A stretch of DNA of 53,040 bases, counting the filler, from Jimgerdemannia flammicorona (Eukaryota): assembly GCA_003990765.1 (NCBI GenBank). It is 2 parts of 2 records of this genome, joined end to end, with 100 filler letters (N's around TTAATTAATTAA, not from the genome) between each part and the next. Parts side by side here need not be neighbours in the genome. Positions count along the whole stretch, not along the records: positions 26,591 to 53,040 come from RBNJ01000725.1; 1 more part is not named here. One strand, given 5' to 3'. The notes below the pieces were generated by a model that worked only from the letters and a program-made list of their open reading frames with translations, had not been told where the DNA came from and searched no databases. Below are positions 49,467 to 53,040 of the stretch, piece by piece. Position 1 is the first letter of the stretch. Each line of letters starts with the position of its first letter. The position numbers and the translations under genes were made by a program.

Positions 49467-52400
49467 TCAACTGCCTATAACACCGCGATATTCCTCCAAT
49501 ACCATTCCCACCACACCGCCAGGTTTCACGCGTTCCTCTTTAATCGGGCCGGTCTCCTCTTCCCATAGTCTCTTCCCCTCTCTTCCCCTCGACTCGGCCT
49601 TGTTTCCTAGAGACGACCCCCTGCTCCTGCCTTCCCTCTCGTTACTGTAATCGTCCGTCTTGTTATCATCCGTCTCCCTCCTCATTGTCCTCGACTCGGC
49701 CCTGTTTCCTAGAGACGACCCCCTGCTCCTGCCTTCCCTCTCGTTACTGTAATCGTCCGTCTTGTTATCGTCCGTCTCCCTCCTCATTGTCCTCGACTCG
49801 GCCCTGTTTCCTAGAGACGACCCCCTGCTCCTGCCTTCCCTCTCGTTACTGTAATCGTTCGTCTTGTTATCGTCCGTCTCCCTCCTCATTGTCCTCGACT
49901 CGGTCCTGTTTCCCAGAGACGACCCTCTGCCCCTGCCTTCTCTCTCGTTACTGTTATCGTCCATCTTGTTATCGTCCGTCTCCTTCCTCGTTGTACTTGA
50001 CAACCATCTGGGCGACTCGCGCCCATTTTCGTCGCCCATGTACCTCAGCCCGGACCGTGACGACAGGTTCGATGCCGACTGCGCCGCGCTGCTGGCACGA
50101 TAATTTCCTAGCGACCCGCGTGATTCTGACCGAGGTCTCGTCGACGTGTGCGGCGAGCTGGGGCGGTCGCGATCACCGTAATCGCGTTGCGGTTCCTGCA
50201 TCCCCTTCCCGGCGCTCAAGCTTCTCGCGTGCCTCTCGTGCGTCAATCCGATCGGACGATCATCCGACCCCCGTATTCCCTTCCCGGCACTCAAGCTCCT
50301 CGCGCTCCTCTCGTGCGTCAATCCGATCGGACGATCATCCTCCGATCCATCGTCGCCTGGGGCTCTCCTCTCCTCCCGCTCACGACTTTCTCTCTTCAAT
50401 CGCCTTCCCCTCCGAGCCTCCTCCGCCGCCGCCGCTGCGGCGCGCTCCGCCCACGGGTCATCCTCCCTCGGCAACCGATCTGCCCAGGGGTCTATCTCCT
50501 CGTCGTCGAAGAGGCTGCTCTTGCTGACGCTGCGGCTGTGTGACGTCCTTGACTCGGGATTCTTGCCTGTCCCAGGGATCGGGAATCCGTTAAGATCGAG
50601 CTGAGAGCCGATCCTATCCAGGGCGGGCGAAGATGATCCGGATACAGGCTTGCCGTGACTCCCGCGTATGCGGTCCATGGGAGATTCGGCTCCTTCCCTC
50701 TCGCGCGCGAATTCGTACTGCTTTTCGCGCGTGCGGTCGCGGACCTTGGCCGCCGGGGTAGCGAGGAAGTCGGCGGAGGGCGAGACCACAGGGACGTTTT
50801 CGTCGTCGTTGTCGTTGCCTCGCCGGCTAGACTGGCGGCTAGACTGGCGGCTGTCGCGAGGAGAGATGACGCGGTTTGGAGAGTCGGCGGATGCGCGACT
50901 GTTGGCGCCGCTGTTATTGTTGTTCGCACTGCCCTGACCGGCCTTGGCGAGCCACTCATCGCGTTCGCGTTCTGCCGGGGTGCGCAGGTCAGCCAGGCTG
51001 CGGCGGGCGGAGATAGAGAGGCGTTCCGTGTCGGCCATCATGCCAAGGGGAACGCCGTCAGAAACGGCGATAGGGACATTGTCATCCGAAGCGTTGTCGT
51101 CGAGGGTTTTGTTGGAGGAGTAAGTGCGTCGCGAAGGGGTTGATTTGGTGGCGGCGTAGGAAGAGGCGCTAAATTCCCTGGAGTACAGGTCAGATCTCGA
51201 AGGCAGTTTGCGCAATGGTGAGTTCACGCCATCGCTTTTCCGATAATCCAACGACTCGCGCTGCGATAAGAACCCGTCGGCTTCGTCTTGCCAGAAGAAT
51301 TTGCTTCGACCCGTGGGCGACGTGGGACTCTGATGTTCGACAGGGATGGTGGGCACGGGAGGAAGCCCACCGCGCGGAATGAACAGGTCCTCGACTGGCG
51401 AGCCTACCTGCTCGCCCCTTATCCGTTCACGGGAACGGGATCGTGCACGCTGCTCCATGAAATCGCGGTCCTCGCGCGTGAGCGATCGAGAGCGGCCGTC
51501 GGCAGTTAAGGAGTTTTTGCTAGACTGATGGCGCAGGCTGGCCCTGAGCTCGGGATCGGCTTCGCGTGACTGGCGCGCCGACCAGCGGCCTCTCTCTTCG
51601 TCCTCTCTGTCCCTTTCGCGCTCGGCCTCTCTGCTACGTCTGGACATAGCCGAGGGGAGTGGTGGCAAGTCCTTAGAATCGCCGAACGATTTACGACTCG
51701 CATCGTCGCGCAACGACTTGTTCGACTCCTTCTTTTGCAGGCTGTTCTTACTCTTGTTGAATTCCTCCATTCTCATCACAGGCGTCGAGTCCCTACCCTT
51801 ACCGGAATACGACCCGCGTACTCCCATGTCACCTTCCTCGTCTCTCATAATGTCCCTGTCCCTCGACTTTCTCGACGTGCCTGGAACAGGCCTACGATTC
51901 AGGAATCTTGACGGCTCTTCGTCATCACCCGAACCGTGCTGCAGCTCCACCACCACAGACGACATGGGAAGCGTGGACGGGCCCCCCCCCGATCCCAGGT
52001 CGGCGACGTGTCTAGGCAACTGCGGCACGTGCGATCTGCCACCGCTCCTTTCCAGCGACTTGCGGATCAATGAACGCTTCGACGATTTCCCTGAGTTCCC
52101 TCCCTTTCCAATATCCTCCAGTTCGGATGAGTCGTCACCATTCCCATGCCGGCCGGCTGTCTCAGCCGGCATGATCCCGCGCGGGGCACGTTCTGCCACC
52201 GTGGTCCTGCCGTTGCGGTTCCGCGTCTCGGGATCATGCCTGGGCATCATGCGCCGCAGAATAACGAACATGATAACTGCGATCACAATAACCACGGCCA
52301 CAAGGACAACGACGACGGCCCATGTCGGGAACTGCCCGAACCCAAGATCGATGGTGTCCGTGCTTGCGGGGTACATGGTCTTGGCCTGCGTCATCAGGCC

Positions 52401-53040
52401 ATTGCAATTGTCCGAGAGCGGACATTGGTCGCCGAACATAGCGAGGCTCGCGACATGTGGGGGAAGGCCCAGCAGCGCAGCGTGCGCCGTGTTGGCGGTA
52501 AAGATGGCAAAGAACTGCTGCCTGTACCACGATTCACAGTCGTACGTGTTGTTGGCGGACATGTTACTGTTCTGGTCTCCTTCCCAGGTACAGGTGAGGA
52601 CGTATGGTGACCATGGGCTGCCTTGCATCTTGTAGTTGTCGGGAAAAGCTATGGAAGTGCGGAAGTCGTAACCGTATTTTGCGGCGTCGGAATGGAACGC
52701 CGTAATATTCATTTGCCAGTTGTTTGGGGAGAATTGTTCATAGTTCAATTGATAGCAGCATGGTGAGACTGCATGGATGGTTGACGAATGCAGGGACGAT
52801 AGGCCGAATGTATAGGCGCGATGGTTTGAAGGAAATAAGAGAGGAATATATTACAATTGTGTCAATAATATCGGGTGTGTTTCGCTGCTGGGAGTGTTGG
52901 TTGCATAAGCTTGCTTCCCCCTCTGTTGTGTAAGTGAAAGCGGCAAACGTTTTCAGGGATCACGGACAAGAACAAAGATCCCGGAGGTGCATTGTATGAC
53001 GAAGAGGACACCGTGAATGAATCTCGGACCAGTTGGGGGG
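49467..53040 (-). CDS. Large single-pass membrane protein (Cys-containing ectodomain, TM, ~930-aa disordered R/S/E-rich cytoplasmic tail); 5' end outside the window or unresolved
   Basis: 1093-codon open exon 49467-52748 extending to a CAG acceptor at ~52770; TM WAVVVVLVAVVIVIAVIMFVIL followed by RR. Confidence 0.8.
49590..49990 (-). repeat. 102-bp (34-aa) coding tandem repeat, ~4 copies
   Basis: RRETDDNKTDDYSNEREGRSRGSSLGNRAESRTM repeated, with near-identical DNA units. Confidence 0.95.

Noticed and set aside
49590..49990. Regularly spaced repeats as a CRISPR array
   Set aside because: No unique spacers; these are in-frame 102-bp tandem units inside a eukaryotic exon.
49685..52635. Long plus-strand ORFs (280 aa and 305 aa)
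   Set aside because: Antisense shadows of the GC-rich 1093-codon minus-strand exon.

Overview
Eukaryotic (fungal) nuclear DNA with short GT-AG introns. It is probably Mucoromycota, possibly Endogonales; that assignment is inferred from gene families and a Mollicutes-like insert. The window is two contigs joined by an artificial 100-bp spacer (26491-26590). The left contig (1-26490) is mostly transposon remnants and pseudogenes: a Gypsy integrase, an L1/Tx1 LINE, a hAT-like MITE, and TPR-SET, TLDc, spherulin/cupin and eIF4G pseudogenes, plus one intact 3-exon multipass membrane gene. It shows a clean reciprocal ~11.4-kb inversion (3298-14670) that splits both the LINE ORF2 and the TPR-SET gene. 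The right contig (26591-53040) is gene dense: a frameshifted putative tandem-HEPN ORF, mitochondrial rhomboid (PCP1/PARL), meiotic HOP1, a kelch-TM protein, an Ecm33-like GPI protein, PAAF1/RPN14, a metaxin and a large single-pass protein with 102-bp coding repeats. The most unusual object is a ~2.6-kb AT-rich element (40120-42728) with long terminal inverted repeats and TA ends. Its two arms carry outward-reading paralogous HAD-like genes that look derived from Mollicutes-related endobacteria (TGA at Trp-like positions). All protein calls come from manual translation and motif recognition; no database search was run.
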